Position numbers and translations under genes: made by a program. The notes under the pieces are model-generated. The model was not told the DNA's origin. It saw only the letters and a list, made by a program, of their open reading frames with translations, and did no database searches. From the NCBI GenBank assembly GCA_977017575.1, contig CDRNVI010000164.1, positions 372,001 through 436,000 of the forward strand: a stretch of DNA of 64,000 nucleotides. Reading direction: 5' to 3'. This document shows, piece by piece, positions 63,801 through 64,000 of this stretch. The first letter of the stretch is position 1. Each line of letters starts with the position of its first letter. The DNA comes from Paramoeba atlantica. Taxonomy: Eukaryota; Protista; Discosea.

Positions 63801-63998
63801 GGAGAGTGATGGTGGAGGTGACGGATGAAGAGGGCTTTCAGATTGCGGAAGAAACTCCGACTGAAGAGAAGAGGGTTGTTGAAAGAATGAGGGAGGTGTG
63901 GAAGGAGAGGGAGATGATGCCTCTGGTGGGAACGCTGTTAAAAGAGAGGGGCTTTCAAACTGAGGAATAATCTCTGGCTGAGGAGGACTTTGTGATCG
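57844..63998 (-). CDS. Very large protein (over 1900 aa, 5' end beyond the window): Pro/Ser-rich head, long E/R/K helical region, C-terminal domain with about 8 TM helices
   Basis: The frame of ORF 59250..63620 stays open to the window edge (RSQSPPQPEII...). An intron GTTGTT (about 59282) to GACAG (about 59160) joins it in frame to the hydrophobic ORF 57844..59067. Confidence 0.8.
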
Positions 63999-64000
63999 AG

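Overview
Intron-rich, gene-dense eukaryotic nuclear DNA with short T-rich introns. An SHK-type SH2 kinase and Rac-type GTPases suggest Amoebozoa (inference). I can support about 24 protein genes: two tandem Rac GTPases, glutamate-cysteine ligase, an intronless LctP-family lactate permease, a putative GT-A glycosyltransferase, an EF-hand/TKL/SH2 kinase, three tandem Sel1-repeat genes, PPIL1 cyclophilin, a selenocysteine thioredoxin reductase (GCUG end plus SECIS), a CAX antiporter, a DTD2/ATD-like deacylase, a PNUTS-like protein, a mitochondrial CnoX/YbbN-like protein, a CLK/LAMMER kinase, an SH3-Furry-like giant, an RGS protein, p47/UBX, two duplicated TRIM-NHL genes, a MINDY deubiquitinase, a very large charged-helix/8-TM protein running off the right edge, and several hypotheticals. 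The most striking pattern is that all four tRNA genes found (Gly-CCC, Gln-TTG, Ser-AGA, His-GTG) lie inside enlarged introns of protein genes, on the host's sense strand. The tRNA-Ser is otherwise perfect but is interrupted by a 10-nt T-rich insert at position 26/27. The tRNA-Gly is followed in the same intron by an antisense copy of its nt 8-37. No transposon, rRNA or CRISPR array was seen. Exon boundaries were inferred by eye, so multi-exon genes are given as overall spans.
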